DNA of 64,000 nucleotides from a virus: positions 16,865 to 80,864 of the IMG/VR virus record IMGVR_UViG_3300045988_117858. The stretch is one strand, 5' to 3'. The translations under genes were made by a program, and so were the position numbers. The notes below the pieces were generated by a model. It was not told the origin of the DNA and did no database searches. It worked only from the letters and a program-made list of their open reading frames with translations. Every line of letters begins with the position of its first letter. Position 1 is the stretch's first letter. Shown piece by piece: positions 9,500 through 19,107 of the stretch.

Positions 9500-10855
9500 A
9501 TGAATCTAAACGAAATGGAAATCCCTTGCGATCCAATTTTGGATAAGGCAAAGAGAGATGAACTGGTGCAGAACACAGAACTTTTAAAACAAGTTACGAT
9601 CAAGCCGATTCCGTGGCTCCCTGGACGAGATTATATCACTACGGAACAGGTAGCACGATTCTTTGATGGAGATGTTGACGAGGTTAAGAGATTGTGTGCT
9701 AAGTATCGCAAAGAGTTTTTAGACGATGGAATGGAAGTTAAGACGGTGCAGGAGATCATTGATGGTCAGGACGCAGCAACGGAAAAACAGAAGGGAAGAA
9801 TCATGGTAACGTATCCGAACGGATTAAATATCTCATTCGGCTATAAAGGCGCTAAGGTGTTTACTCTTAAATGTTTAATCCGACTTTCACTACTGATGGA
9901 AACTTCAAGCCTTGCTGAGAACGTAAGACATTATGTTTTTATTAATGACTACATCACGATGGAAGAACGAAGAGAACAAGAACAGGTAGAGGCAGGTGTG
10001 CAGCTTGTTGACACAACGGAAATTTTAGGCAGAAGAATTGATCTGTATAGAAGCATTGAAGATCCGTTGTTCTTAGCAAGAGATGTTGCAGAATGGATTG
10101 ATTACAGTAAACGCCCTGATGGAAGTTATAGAACGGATAAAATGTTACAGGCGATTGATTCAGAAGAAAAATATAAGACCAAAATCTTAACCGCTAATAA
10201 TGTTAGCGGGTCAAATTTAGGTCAGATTGATTCTACTGGAAAGACCATCAATCCGTTTTGGTTCCTCACAGAAGATGGACTTTATGAAGTGTGTATGCAG
10301 TCACGTAAACCGATTGCAAAGCAGATGAAGAAACAGATTAAAGAATATCTTAGAAACATCCGTAAGACAGGCGGTGCAGTTGACTTTGGAAAAGAATCAC
10401 AGTTTATTGAACACTATTTTCCATCATTCTCTGAGGACGTCAAGCTTGCTATGGTAACCGATCTGCGAACACAAAATAAAGAACTTAAAGAAGAGAATCA
10501 GAAGTTGCAGAATGATAACAAGTTATTAGCAGCGGAAATTTTAACATGGGATGATCGCAATAAGATGAACGCTGGGATTAGGAAGTTGGCTGCGGTAACA
10601 GGAACGCAATTCTCTGTTATGTGGAATGAGCTTTATAAGAATTTGCAATACAAATATCAGATTGATGTTAAGAAACGTGGGAAGAAACCATTTCTACAGT
10701 GGATTCAAGAACATGAATGGGATAAGGTACTGAAAGTCTTTTGTGCAATGTGTGAAGCTAGAAACCTATCTCCAACAGATATGTTCCAACAGACAGCACC
10801 AGTGGAAAACTTATATGATAATGAAGAAAGTGAGGATGATGAAGTATGGAATTAG
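9500..10855 (+). CDS. phage antirepressor-like protein (Rha/ORF6N-like N-terminus, Bro-N-like core, C-terminal coiled coil)
   Basis: TEQVARFFDGDVDEVKRL (Rha/Ant-like) and FWFLTEDGLYEVCMQSRKPIAKQMKKQIKEYLRNIRKTGG (Bro-N C-terminal signature); heptad region NKELKEENQKLQNDNKLL. Confidence 0.55.
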   Translation: MNLNEMEIPCDPILDKAKRDELVQNTELLKQVTIKPIPWLPGRDYITTEQVARFFDGDVDEVKRLCAKYRKEFLDDGMEVKTVQEIIDGQDAATEKQKGRIMVTYPNGLNISFGYKGAKVFTLKCLIRLSLLMETSSLAENVRHYVFINDYITMEERREQEQVEAGVQLVDTTEILGRRIDLYRSIEDPLFLARDVAEWIDYSKRPDGSYRTDKMLQAIDSEEKYKTKILTANNVSGSNLGQIDSTGKTINPFWFLTEDGLYEVCMQSRKPIAKQMKKQIKEYLRNIRKTGGAVDFGKESQFIEHYFPSFSEDVKLAMVTDLRTQNKELKEENQKLQNDNKLLAAEILTWDDRNKMNAGIRKLAAVTGTQFSVMWNELYKNLQYKYQIDVKKRGKKPFLQWIQEHEWDKVLKVFCAMCEARNLSPTDMFQQTAPVENLYDNEESEDDEVWN

Positions 10856-11085
10856 AACAGATTATTCGGTATTCAGATGTATTTGTAGGAGTAATGATTA
10901 CATTCAAAGTCATAGTTATGATTGCAAATGAATTTTTGATATTAATTAATGGAAAATATCCTACAATAGCTTATAAGAAGTATACAAACTTATTAGAGGA
11001 TATAATAAATGTTATTGATAAACCAACTACTATTATTTTATGGACTTGGTTTATTATGAAAATAGGAACGGCATTTATTTTATAA
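10846..11085 (+). CDS. small membrane protein (79 aa)
   Basis: ORF overlapping end of upstream gene; two predicted TM helices. Confidence 0.3.
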   Translation: MELEQIIRYSDVFVGVMITFKVIVMIANEFLILINGKYPTIAYKKYTNLLEDIINVIDKPTTIILWTWFIMKIGTAFIL

Positions 11086-11106
11086 TTCCATATAATAATT
11101 TTGGCA

Positions 11107-11136
11107 AAGAACCGAACGGAAGGTTCTTTTTATTTT
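11107..11136 (+). terminator. intrinsic terminator AAGAACC-N8-GGTTCTT + T-run
   Basis: 7-bp stem followed by TTTTTATTTT. Confidence 0.55.
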
Positions 11137-11144
11137 ACGGAAAT

Positions 11145-11184
11145 ATTTGACAGGAACCGATTTTGCAGGTCGGTTCTTTGTCAA
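11145..11184. promoter_or_regulatory. 40-bp near-perfect palindrome TTTGACA-GGAACCGA-N9-TCGGTTC-t-TGTCAAA
   Basis: Outer and inner arms are reverse complements; contains TTGACA (-35-like) at both ends. Confidence 0.4.
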
Positions 11185-11407
11185 ATTTATTATACACAAA
11201 CTAATAACTAACTAAACATATAATTGTTAATAGATAAGGTGTTGATTACATAGAGAACTAATAGGAATAGAATAGGTTTCTATTAGGATTGGCACACTAA
11301 TAGTTGGAATTAAATGTTGATTTTATTCCTATTGGTTTACGGAATACAGTTATACAAAAATAATGAGTGTAGAGAAAAATAAGACAGTCTAGAAAGGAAG
11401 ATGAAGA

Positions 11408-12502
11408 ATGAACCTACAGTTAGTTAAAACGGAAAATTTTAATGATTTATCGTGTGATTTTTATAGTGCTGAGGATGATATTTGGATGACAAGAAATCAA
11501 ATTGGAGAAGCACTGGAATATGCAGATCCAAGAAAAGCAATTCAAAATATTCACGATAAGAACAAGGCTCGGTTTATTGGAAAATCAAGTGTCCTCAAAA
11601 CGAGGACGGTTGATGGAAGGAATAGGGAAACAGTTGTATATAATGAGTTGGGAGTATTTGAAATATGTAGATTAAGTCGTCAGCCAAAAGCAGATGCCTT
11701 TATGGACTGGGCATGGAATGTTATCAAAGCTTATCGTCATGGAAAATTAAGAACAGGAACTTCTGTGACAACAGTAGAACAGTTTCTTACAGAGCAGACA
11801 GAACTTATGAAGCAGATGGAAAGAAACAATGAGCGTCTGTACAAGGTTACTATTAAAGGATTTAATCAGTTGGCTGACATTGTTAAAGAGATGAAAGCCG
11901 AACGGAAAGAATTGTTTAAGCAGATTGGAAAGCCTACGCAAGATGTTCCAGTAGTAGATACGGAAAGCGTTATTGCAGAATACAAACTTAATGAATGGAA
12001 ATCTAATGTCTACTCTATCATTGATGATATCCTAAAAGAATCTGACGAACTAGGAACCACTACTAGAGATATTCTTAGAGAGGTATACAGGTATCTTACT
12101 AACACATATGGAATTGTGTGGGAACAGGATCGGAAAGAATACAAAGAGAAATACAACATTAGTGAAAGAGGTAATGTACCAACGATTGATCTTTGTTATG
12201 ACAAATATCCTGACCTACTGGTAAGTGTGCTGGAAAAACTTCTGCGACAGTTCCGCAAAGAGAACGCACAGCCTGATTGGGAAGAAATGAAGATTAAGAT
12301 TACCAATTATGCTAATCATATTGGAAATAAATCTAAAGGTGGAACTTCGGTTTATCGGAAAATCTACACTAAGATGACAGAAAACGGTGTTAACTGGGAT
12401 GAATATGCCCATGGGCTATCTAAATCCCAGCTTATTAAAACAAATGCAACTTTATACAATAGATTTTATGAAGCTGCGGTGGAAATTATTTCAGAAGAAT
12501 AG
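11408..12502 (+). CDS. Bro-N domain antirepressor-like protein (364 aa)
   Basis: DIWMTRNQIGEALEYADPRKAIQNIHDKNK...ETVVYNELGVFEICRLSRQPKADAFMDWAWNVIKAYRHG matches the Bro-N pattern. Confidence 0.6.
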   Translation: MNLQLVKTENFNDLSCDFYSAEDDIWMTRNQIGEALEYADPRKAIQNIHDKNKARFIGKSSVLKTRTVDGRNRETVVYNELGVFEICRLSRQPKADAFMDWAWNVIKAYRHGKLRTGTSVTTVEQFLTEQTELMKQMERNNERLYKVTIKGFNQLADIVKEMKAERKELFKQIGKPTQDVPVVDTESVIAEYKLNEWKSNVYSIIDDILKESDELGTTTRDILREVYRYLTNTYGIVWEQDRKEYKEKYNISERGNVPTIDLCYDKYPDLLVSVLEKLLRQFRKENAQPDWEEMKIKITNYANHIGNKSKGGTSVYRKIYTKMTENGVNWDEYAHGLSKSQLIKTNATLYNRFYEAAVEIISEE

Positions 12503-12520
12503 AGAGGTGTGATATAATTA

Positions 12521-13489
12521 ATGGAAACTTGTATACTGACAGAAAAAACAGAATTTTATGAAAGACCAAAAGAAGGTTATGGATATGTGTATGTCTATTT
12601 ATATAATAATCGTGTAATATATATTGGACAAACAAGACAAAGTGTAGAGGCAAGATATAAACAGCATATTAATCATGGATTTAATACAGCAGGAGCAAAA
12701 ATCACTAATAAAATTTTATGGATAGGTATTAAAGAAGATTATATGGATTATATGGAAGGTTTGTTTTTTGAGCATTTTAATGGGATTTGTCAGTTTATTG
12801 CTCCAAAAACAGAGACACATCAAATCCCAGTCTTTTATGAAAATGAATGTAAAATTTGTATGAGTGCCATTGATCATTTTCTTACAGGAGATACACTTGA
12901 TAATATTGATTTTTTAATGCGTAAAGATGTTGAAATATCACTTGAAAAGTCGGACGATATGCCATATTTACAAAGTTATATGAGATTGTTACTTTTAGCA
13001 CATGATATAGGAGACGTACTCGTAAAAGAATTTAATCAACATATATCTACAAAATATGATATCGACCTTCTTTTACAAAGTGATTATTTTCATGGATTTA
13101 CTCTAGTTGATATAGATCGAAAAGACGCAGTGTGTCATGTTGTTGATGTTAGATTTGATGTAGGTGTGTTCAATTATATGAAAGAAGCGTTAACTTATAA
13201 ACGAAATACAATACCGACATATTATGTGATATCTTCGTATGAATATATTAATCATCAAAAAGGATATGATGATTTAATGAGTATGGAAGATGCGATTGAG
13301 GGGCTGATAGTATATGATGTAACTAGTAATTCGTGGGAATATTATTGGAGCCACGATGGGGCTTATATGAAAGATGGAGTTGATCGTGAGCTTAACAAAC
13401 ATGCAATACAAGTTTGTATTGAAAGAAGAGATGATTATAATGCAATATATTTGCAGTCTACTTCTTATCAACAGCTACGAATAGCATAA
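12521..13489 (+). CDS. GIY-YIG family homing endonuclease-like protein
   Basis: N-terminal GYVYVYLYNNRVIYIGQTRQSVEARYKQHIN is a GIY-YIG motif (GIY...YIG...R...H); 322 aa with C-terminal extension. Confidence 0.65.
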   Translation: METCILTEKTEFYERPKEGYGYVYVYLYNNRVIYIGQTRQSVEARYKQHINHGFNTAGAKITNKILWIGIKEDYMDYMEGLFFEHFNGICQFIAPKTETHQIPVFYENECKICMSAIDHFLTGDTLDNIDFLMRKDVEISLEKSDDMPYLQSYMRLLLLAHDIGDVLVKEFNQHISTKYDIDLLLQSDYFHGFTLVDIDRKDAVCHVVDVRFDVGVFNYMKEALTYKRNTIPTYYVISSYEYINHQKGYDDLMSMEDAIEGLIVYDVTSNSWEYYWSHDGAYMKDGVDRELNKHAIQVCIERRDDYNAIYLQSTSYQQLRIA

Positions 13490-13530
13490 TACATAAAATG
13501 AAACTTTGATGGAAAGGAAATGGGATAAGT

Positions 13531-14520
13531 ATGGCTAAATATGAAGGTACTTACGCTTGTGGGCATGATGGCGTAGTAAATGTGATTGGAAAAATGAGTG
13601 AAAGACAGAGAAAAGCTGACTATGCTTTTTCTCATTTATGTCCGAAATGTGCAAAAGAAGAAAAAGAAAGAAAAATTGCAGAAGAAAACAAAAAGTCTAA
13701 AGAACTATCAGAAGAATACGGATTTCCAAACCTAACAGGAACGGAAAAACAAGTAGCATGGGGTAATACCATTCGATTGGGTTTTTACAATGAGTTTGAA
13801 AACGACAGAACGGCACAATCTATTATTGAGAATGAAACGACAGCTTCTTTTTGGTTAGACTTAGACCGATTTATTAGTAAACAAGATTTTCTGCGAAAAT
13901 ATAAACGAACTAAGAGGGAGAAAGAGCGTCGAGAAAGAATCATTAGTATTGATGCTGTGGCACCAGAAAGATTAGAACATGAAGGTGTTGTGGAAATTGT
14001 TAAAAAACTTGATAAAATATGCCTGTTTTACCTGAAAGATCAGGACTTCATCAATTTGGTTAAATCAAAAGATTATAGATGGAATGAAGATGATTGTTGT
14101 TGGTGTCGTTGTTTGACCGAGAAAAGCGGAAATTATGCTGATAGAGTAGCAGAAATTGGACATGGCTTATTACAGAATGGATTTGCAATTTGTATTCACG
14201 ATAGCGAAATTACAGAAATGGCAATCAGTGGAAACTATAAAAAAGAAAACACTCGTTGGATTAATTACGATTCAGAAGATAAAGTTCTAACGTTGCGTTG
14301 GAGCACAAGGAGTAATGAAATTTACAATGCTGCAAGGAAAATTATGAATAATCGGTATAGTCGGGATAAAGGGTGCGTGGAAGTACCTATAGCCAATTAC
14401 AGGTCTGTAAATAACTTTGCGAAAAAGTATGATTTTTGTTATACTGAAAATGCACTTGATGCTATCGAACAGTATAAAAAAGAAGTCAGAGAAATGAGAA
14501 GGGTTAAGGTGGACAAGTAA
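13531..14520 (+). CDS. hypothetical protein with N-terminal zinc-finger-like CxH...CxxC (329 aa)
   Basis: YACGHDGV...HLCPKC; AGGAAATGGG RBS. Confidence 0.6.
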   Translation: MAKYEGTYACGHDGVVNVIGKMSERQRKADYAFSHLCPKCAKEEKERKIAEENKKSKELSEEYGFPNLTGTEKQVAWGNTIRLGFYNEFENDRTAQSIIENETTASFWLDLDRFISKQDFLRKYKRTKREKERRERIISIDAVAPERLEHEGVVEIVKKLDKICLFYLKDQDFINLVKSKDYRWNEDDCCWCRCLTEKSGNYADRVAEIGHGLLQNGFAICIHDSEITEMAISGNYKKENTRWINYDSEDKVLTLRWSTRSNEIYNAARKIMNNRYSRDKGCVEVPIANYRSVNNFAKKYDFCYTENALDAIEQYKKEVREMRRVKVDK

Positions 14521-15305
14521 TGGAATATATTAATCATTATACTTTGCTAACAGGGCATATGAGAAAATCTTATTCAGAGGAAATCGGTAGTGAAATAAGA
14601 ACTAGAATGAGAGAGCTTATCGAATTTGATAGGAATGTATCATCTAATTACACAGTACCGTTTATGGATGGAACTAAATTGCATATTACTGCGGATGGAT
14701 CTTTCTATTGTGCAGAAGTTATATTAGAAGCTGAAGGCGAAAATATTGTATTGCTGACAACAGTAGGATGCAAAGATAGAAGCGGATTATCCCTTGCAAT
14801 GAAATCAATAGAGTGTGCTTACAAAGATTTGTTTGGAAAATCCTTGGGCGAATATCACCCAGAATTGCCATTTATTGTAGATATTCCAACGCCATTTTGT
14901 ACCATAATCTCAAACTGGTCAGGAGATTTTTGCAGAACATTAGCATGGTCGGTTTTTGATGACAAAGATGATCAGACAGCAGAGGAAAAAGTAGAAACAA
15001 ATACAATTCGTAGAAGTGTAGCAGATCTTCATGGAGTAAAGAAAGATAATTACGAAGGACTTCCAGAGGAATTAAAAGAATTCAATTATTACTTTGCGGA
15101 TTGTGGACATTCTATTCTTGCAATTCCAGAATGTAAGTTAGACGAAGCAATTAAAGATGGAGATTTGGATATGTTTGAATGTCCGTTCCCTGTAAAATAT
15201 GTTCTTGAAAAAGGATATAGAATATATAAAGATCATGTAGTTTGCGAGGCAGAATATCATCCTGCATTTGGGTTAATAATTGATGAAGAATGGGATGAAT
15301 TTTAG
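14520..15305 (+). CDS. hypothetical protein (261 aa)
   Basis: ATG overlaps upstream stop (TAATG coupling). Confidence 0.6.
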   Translation: MEYINHYTLLTGHMRKSYSEEIGSEIRTRMRELIEFDRNVSSNYTVPFMDGTKLHITADGSFYCAEVILEAEGENIVLLTTVGCKDRSGLSLAMKSIECAYKDLFGKSLGEYHPELPFIVDIPTPFCTIISNWSGDFCRTLAWSVFDDKDDQTAEEKVETNTIRRSVADLHGVKKDNYEGLPEELKEFNYYFADCGHSILAIPECKLDEAIKDGDLDMFECPFPVKYVLEKGYRIYKDHVVCEAEYHPAFGLIIDEEWDEF

Positions 15306-15331
15306 AGTAACTTAATAAGATAGAACAGATT

Positions 15332-15358
15332 AAAGCATATCATTTTTTGGTATGCTTT
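15332..15358 (+). terminator. hairpin AAAGCATA-N11-TATGCTTT
   Basis: 8-bp stem; T-run lies in the loop, A/T-rich tail. Confidence 0.35.
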
Positions 15359-15391
15359 AAATAAAACGAAAATTTGATAGGTGGTTAATAT

Positions 15392-15607
15392 ATGCGAAAA
15401 AAAATCAAATGTCCTCATTGTGGAAGTGAGTCAGGTTTAGAGCACAGAATTTATATGAAAGGATACGATTTATATACAGGCAATGGAGAGCTGGAAGAAG
15501 AAGGTGTTACAGAGTACAACTATAGAAAGACTATGACTTGTAGAAACTGTGGGAAACGTGTTATGACTTATGAAGAGTTTAAACGTGATTATTATGTTGA
15601 CGAATAA
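15392..15607 (+). CDS. zinc-ribbon protein (71 aa)
   Basis: CPHCGSE...CRNCGK four-Cys motif. Confidence 0.5.
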   Translation: MRKKIKCPHCGSESGLEHRIYMKGYDLYTGNGELEEEGVTEYNYRKTMTCRNCGKRVMTYEEFKRDYYVDE

Positions 15608-15666
15608 TAAATATATGTAGGTATTAAAGGAGAATTTTATCTCCATATATAGAGGGGAGTGATGCC

Positions 15667-16389
15667 ATGAGTAACACAGGATGGATTAAACTCCATCGGA
15701 AAATTACAGATCATTGGCTATGGGAAGACAAACCATTTGCCAGAGGACAAGCAATGATTGACTTACTTATTCTCGCAGGTTATAATGATCAACCTAAGTA
15801 TGTTGATGGAAACTTAGAAACAGTCGAGCGAGGATCGATGGTTACTTCAATCAGAAGATTGTGTGATCGATGGGGGTGGAGTAATTCAAAGGTTATCAAA
15901 TTTTTAAAGACACTGGAAAACGACAGTATCATACATGTAAAAAGCGACACTAAAAAGACGGTCATAACTATAGTAAATTACAGTGTTTATCAAGGTTTTG
16001 TAGACGAACAAGCTACACAGAAACGACACCAAAACGACGCAGAAGCGACACATAAAAAGAAAGTAAAGAATAATAATAAATATAATAATAATAATATAAA
16101 GCGATTCACACCGCCTGATTGCGAGCAAGTCTCCAGATATTGTCAACAAAGAAACAATGGGATTGATCCAGAAGAGTTTGTGGATTATTACACAGCCAAA
16201 GATTGGATGATGGGCAATAGCAAGATGCAAGACTGGAAGGCAGCAGTACGAAACTGGGAACGAAATCAGGCTAAGAAGAACGCTAAACAAAAGCCAAAGG
16301 TAACGAACCTTGCACACTTGGAATGTGATCGTGATTATGATTTTGGTGCGTTGGAAAGACAGTTGTTTGAGAAGCAGATGACAGGATAA
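15667..16389 (+). CDS. phage replisome-organizer / DnaD-like N-terminal wHTH protein (putative)
   Basis: N-terminus GWIKLHRKITDHWLWEDKPF...MIDLLILAGYND...RGSMVTSIRRLCDRWGWSNSKVIKFLKTLE resembles the conserved N-domain of Firmicutes phage replication-initiation proteins. Confidence 0.45.
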   Translation: MSNTGWIKLHRKITDHWLWEDKPFARGQAMIDLLILAGYNDQPKYVDGNLETVERGSMVTSIRRLCDRWGWSNSKVIKFLKTLENDSIIHVKSDTKKTVITIVNYSVYQGFVDEQATQKRHQNDAEATHKKKVKNNNKYNNNNIKRFTPPDCEQVSRYCQQRNNGIDPEEFVDYYTAKDWMMGNSKMQDWKAAVRNWERNQAKKNAKQKPKVTNLAHLECDRDYDFGALERQLFEKQMTG

Positions 16390-16410
16390 GTTTGACGAAA
16401 GGATGGAAAA

Positions 16411-16875
16411 ATGTCAGAAAATATTTATATTCACTACGGAAGTGATAAGTTTGAGAAAGAGTTGTTTATGTCAATTGTGAACAGAAACATGATTAACAAA
16501 CCATTTGGAGGTTTATGGGCATCGGATATAAAGGCGGATCAGCCGTGGGAGAAATGGTGTATTGATAATGATTTTAGAATTGATAAACTAGACAAAAACT
16601 TTAAATTTACATTGGATGATTCGGCAAATATTGTTGAATGGACAGCGAAAGCCGATTTAAAGCAGGTTCCAACGCAAGATCTATCGGGATATCTCCCAGA
16701 ATATTTATTTGATACAATGGGCGTTGTGCCAGATTTTGAGAAGATGGTCGAAGATGGAGTTGATGCAATTAAGCTTAATTTATCCAAAGGTGATTATGAG
16801 TTATATTATGAGCTTTACGGTTGGGGTTGTGATAGTATTCTGATCATGAATCCTGATATTATTAGACCATTGTAG
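16411..16875 (+). CDS. hypothetical protein (154 aa)
   Basis: GAAAGGATGG RBS; clean ORF. Confidence 0.6.
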   Translation: MSENIYIHYGSDKFEKELFMSIVNRNMINKPFGGLWASDIKADQPWEKWCIDNDFRIDKLDKNFKFTLDDSANIVEWTAKADLKQVPTQDLSGYLPEYLFDTMGVVPDFEKMVEDGVDAIKLNLSKGDYELYYELYGWGCDSILIMNPDIIRPL

Positions 16876-16898
16876 AAATTGAATAACAGAATGAGATT

Positions 16899-16925
16899 GA
16901 GAAGCTTATGGCTTCTTTTTATTTT
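16899..16925 (+). terminator. intrinsic terminator GAAGC-ttatg-GCTTC + TTTTTATTTT
   Basis: Stem-loop followed by T-run immediately after gene 16411-16875. Confidence 0.55.
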
Positions 16926-17027
16926 GCCTAAATTTAGAGAATAGGAGTAAGAATTATGGAATTAATCGAAGTAGAAATTAGACCAGAAGTACGTGAACAG
17001 TGCAATAATTAGAGAGGAGAGATTATC

Positions 17028-17978
17028 ATGGCAGCAACACAGTTTGAAGTTATTGAAACAGTAAACAATAATAACGCAGAAGAATCTGAAACAAAGATTA
17101 AAAGACGTAAGGATGGAAGTCCTAAATGGACTCGATCTAACAAACAAAAAGGCGTATCATCTTTAGTGTATCCGATCAAGGACAGAAAACAATTTGCAGC
17201 CTTTAATGCATATTTTAGAGACCAGATTGATAAATCGTACACAGAGTACAAACGATATGTAGCTGCCAGAAACAATCTTTTGGTTGCAGTTGGAAACAAT
17301 ACAGCATATCGTATCTCTGATATCGTCAGACTCAAATGGGGCGATTTATTAGACGATAAGACTCGTAAGCAGGAAAAGAAAACAAAGAAATTCAGAACTG
17401 TATACTTTAACGATTTGGTAACTGAAGCAGTGGATATTTTCTTTGAAGCTGTTGCAGGAACTAAATATGATGTCAAGATTGATGGCGAAGTGCCAATGGA
17501 TGATTATGTTTTTGGAACATGTAAGTCTGGATCAGGACACATGACTGAAGCAAATGCTTTGGATTTTGTTAAAAAAGGTGCTAAAGCAGTTGGAATTGAG
17601 GACAATATTGGTACGCATACATTACGAAAGAACTTTGTGTATTGGACACTTGTCGATCATAAAGATGATCAGAACGTATTGTATACACTTATGAGATTAT
17701 TGAATCATAGTAGCCCTGCAATGACGTTTTTATATGCTACAATTACAGAAGAGGAAACTCATGTGTTATTTGATGATATTGCTCAGACGTACAAGGATAT
17801 TATCAGCGGAGCATTTAACGGATTAAAGGAAAATGTTATTAATGTGAGTTATGATAGAGTTATGGAGATTATCAAGTGTGCTTATGAGACTGGTAAGGAT
17901 GATGCAGATCAAAATGATAGGGTACATGAGGACAATATGCAGGCACTAAAAGAGCTGCTGGAAGGAGTTATTTTATGA
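17028..17978 (+). CDS. tyrosine site-specific recombinase / phage integrase family
   Basis: AYRISDIVRLKWGDL (Arg I box), HTLRKNF (H-x-x-R), LNHSSPAMTFLYA (catalytic Tyr box); GAGAGGAGAG RBS. Confidence 0.8.
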   Translation: MAATQFEVIETVNNNNAEESETKIKRRKDGSPKWTRSNKQKGVSSLVYPIKDRKQFAAFNAYFRDQIDKSYTEYKRYVAARNNLLVAVGNNTAYRISDIVRLKWGDLLDDKTRKQEKKTKKFRTVYFNDLVTEAVDIFFEAVAGTKYDVKIDGEVPMDDYVFGTCKSGSGHMTEANALDFVKKGAKAVGIEDNIGTHTLRKNFVYWTLVDHKDDQNVLYTLMRLLNHSSPAMTFLYATITEEETHVLFDDIAQTYKDIISGAFNGLKENVINVSYDRVMEIIKCAYETGKDDADQNDRVHEDNMQALKELLEGVIL

Positions 17979-18721
17979 TATTTGTAACAGGAGATACGCA
18001 TGGGGATTGGATGACTCGATTAAACAGTCATTCTTTCCCAGAAGGAGTAGAGTTGACTAAAGATGATTACGTGATCATTTGCGGAGATTTTGGATTGTGG
18101 CATGACACAAAAGAAGAACGACATAATCTGGAATGGTTGGACAACAAACCATTTACTACTTTGTTTGTATGTGGGAACCATGAAAATTATGATCGGCTGT
18201 ACGAATATCCTGTAGAAGAATGGAATGGAGGAAAGATTCATAAGATTCGTGATTCTACCTTCCATCTCATGCGAGGACAGGTATTTGATATTCAAGGCAA
18301 GAAATTCTTTACGTTTGGCGGAGCAAGTTCCCATGATGTTCAGGATGGAATTTTAAAACAAGACGATCCAAGAATTAATGAATGGTACAGAGATTACGAC
18401 AAAATGTTTAGGATCAATCATACGTCATGGTGGAAAGAAGAGCTTCCTTCAGAGGAGGAAATGACAGAAGGTATGATGAATCTGAAGCAGAATGGATTGC
18501 AAGTGGATTATATAATTACACATAGTCCATACGCATCTGTATTATGTCAAATGGATCAAGGATCAGGAGTGTATAAAACAGATATATTGACGGATTATTT
18601 GCAAGAGATTAAAGAATCTGTTGAATATAAAAAGTGGTTCTTTGGACATATGCATGTGAACCAGAACTTTCCAGGAGATAATGCGATTGCAATTTACGAA
18701 CAAATTATTAGGATTTTATAG
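17975..18721 (+). CDS. calcineurin-like metallophosphoesterase (Ser/Thr phosphatase family)
   Basis: GDTHGD, GDFG, GNHEN motifs in canonical order; start overlaps integrase stop. Confidence 0.8.
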   Translation: MIFVTGDTHGDWMTRLNSHSFPEGVELTKDDYVIICGDFGLWHDTKEERHNLEWLDNKPFTTLFVCGNHENYDRLYEYPVEEWNGGKIHKIRDSTFHLMRGQVFDIQGKKFFTFGGASSHDVQDGILKQDDPRINEWYRDYDKMFRINHTSWWKEELPSEEEMTEGMMNLKQNGLQVDYIITHSPYASVLCQMDQGSGVYKTDILTDYLQEIKESVEYKKWFFGHMHVNQNFPGDNAIAIYEQIIRIL

Positions 18722-18732
18722 GAGAATTTTGT

Positions 18733-19053
18733 ATGAAGATAAATACGATTAGACAAAATAAGGAAGAAAAGAAAGCAAACCAGAATCTTATGTGGATTTC
18801 AGCAGAGATTCCACCACTAAAACCAGATAACGCATCACGTTATATGAGATATAAAACATATCCTGTAATCGTGGATTACAAATATAATGATGGATGTGTA
18901 GACGAAGTGCTTGATTTCTGTGACTATGATTTTGAAGAAAAGAAATGGAAACTGGATAATTCTCATAAAGTTAGACAGTATTTCCCACTTCCAAGTAAGC
19001 ACAAAGTAAAGTGTTCGAACAAAAAGAGAACATTTGTTCGAAAAATATCTTGA
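18733..19053 (+). CDS. hypothetical protein (106 aa)
   Basis: GGAGAAT RBS; 10-bp inverted repeat TTCGAACAAA/TTTGTTCGAA at its 3' end (19014-19042). Confidence 0.5.
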   Translation: MKINTIRQNKEEKKANQNLMWISAEIPPLKPDNASRYMRYKTYPVIVDYKYNDGCVDEVLDFCDYDFEEKKWKLDNSHKVRQYFPLPSKHKVKCSNKKRTFVRKIS

Positions 19054-19107
19054 TTTTGTTCTATGGTAGCATTATAATAAGAAATGTAGAGATTCTTTGT
19101 TCACAAT

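Noticed and set aside
10743-10931. ORF 10743-10931 (62 aa) overlapping the end of the antirepressor-like gene
   Set aside because: It is embedded in gene 9500-10855 in another frame, has no RBS and gives a Cys/Arg-rich odd translation. The neighbouring small membrane ORF 10846-11085 was retained at low confidence instead.
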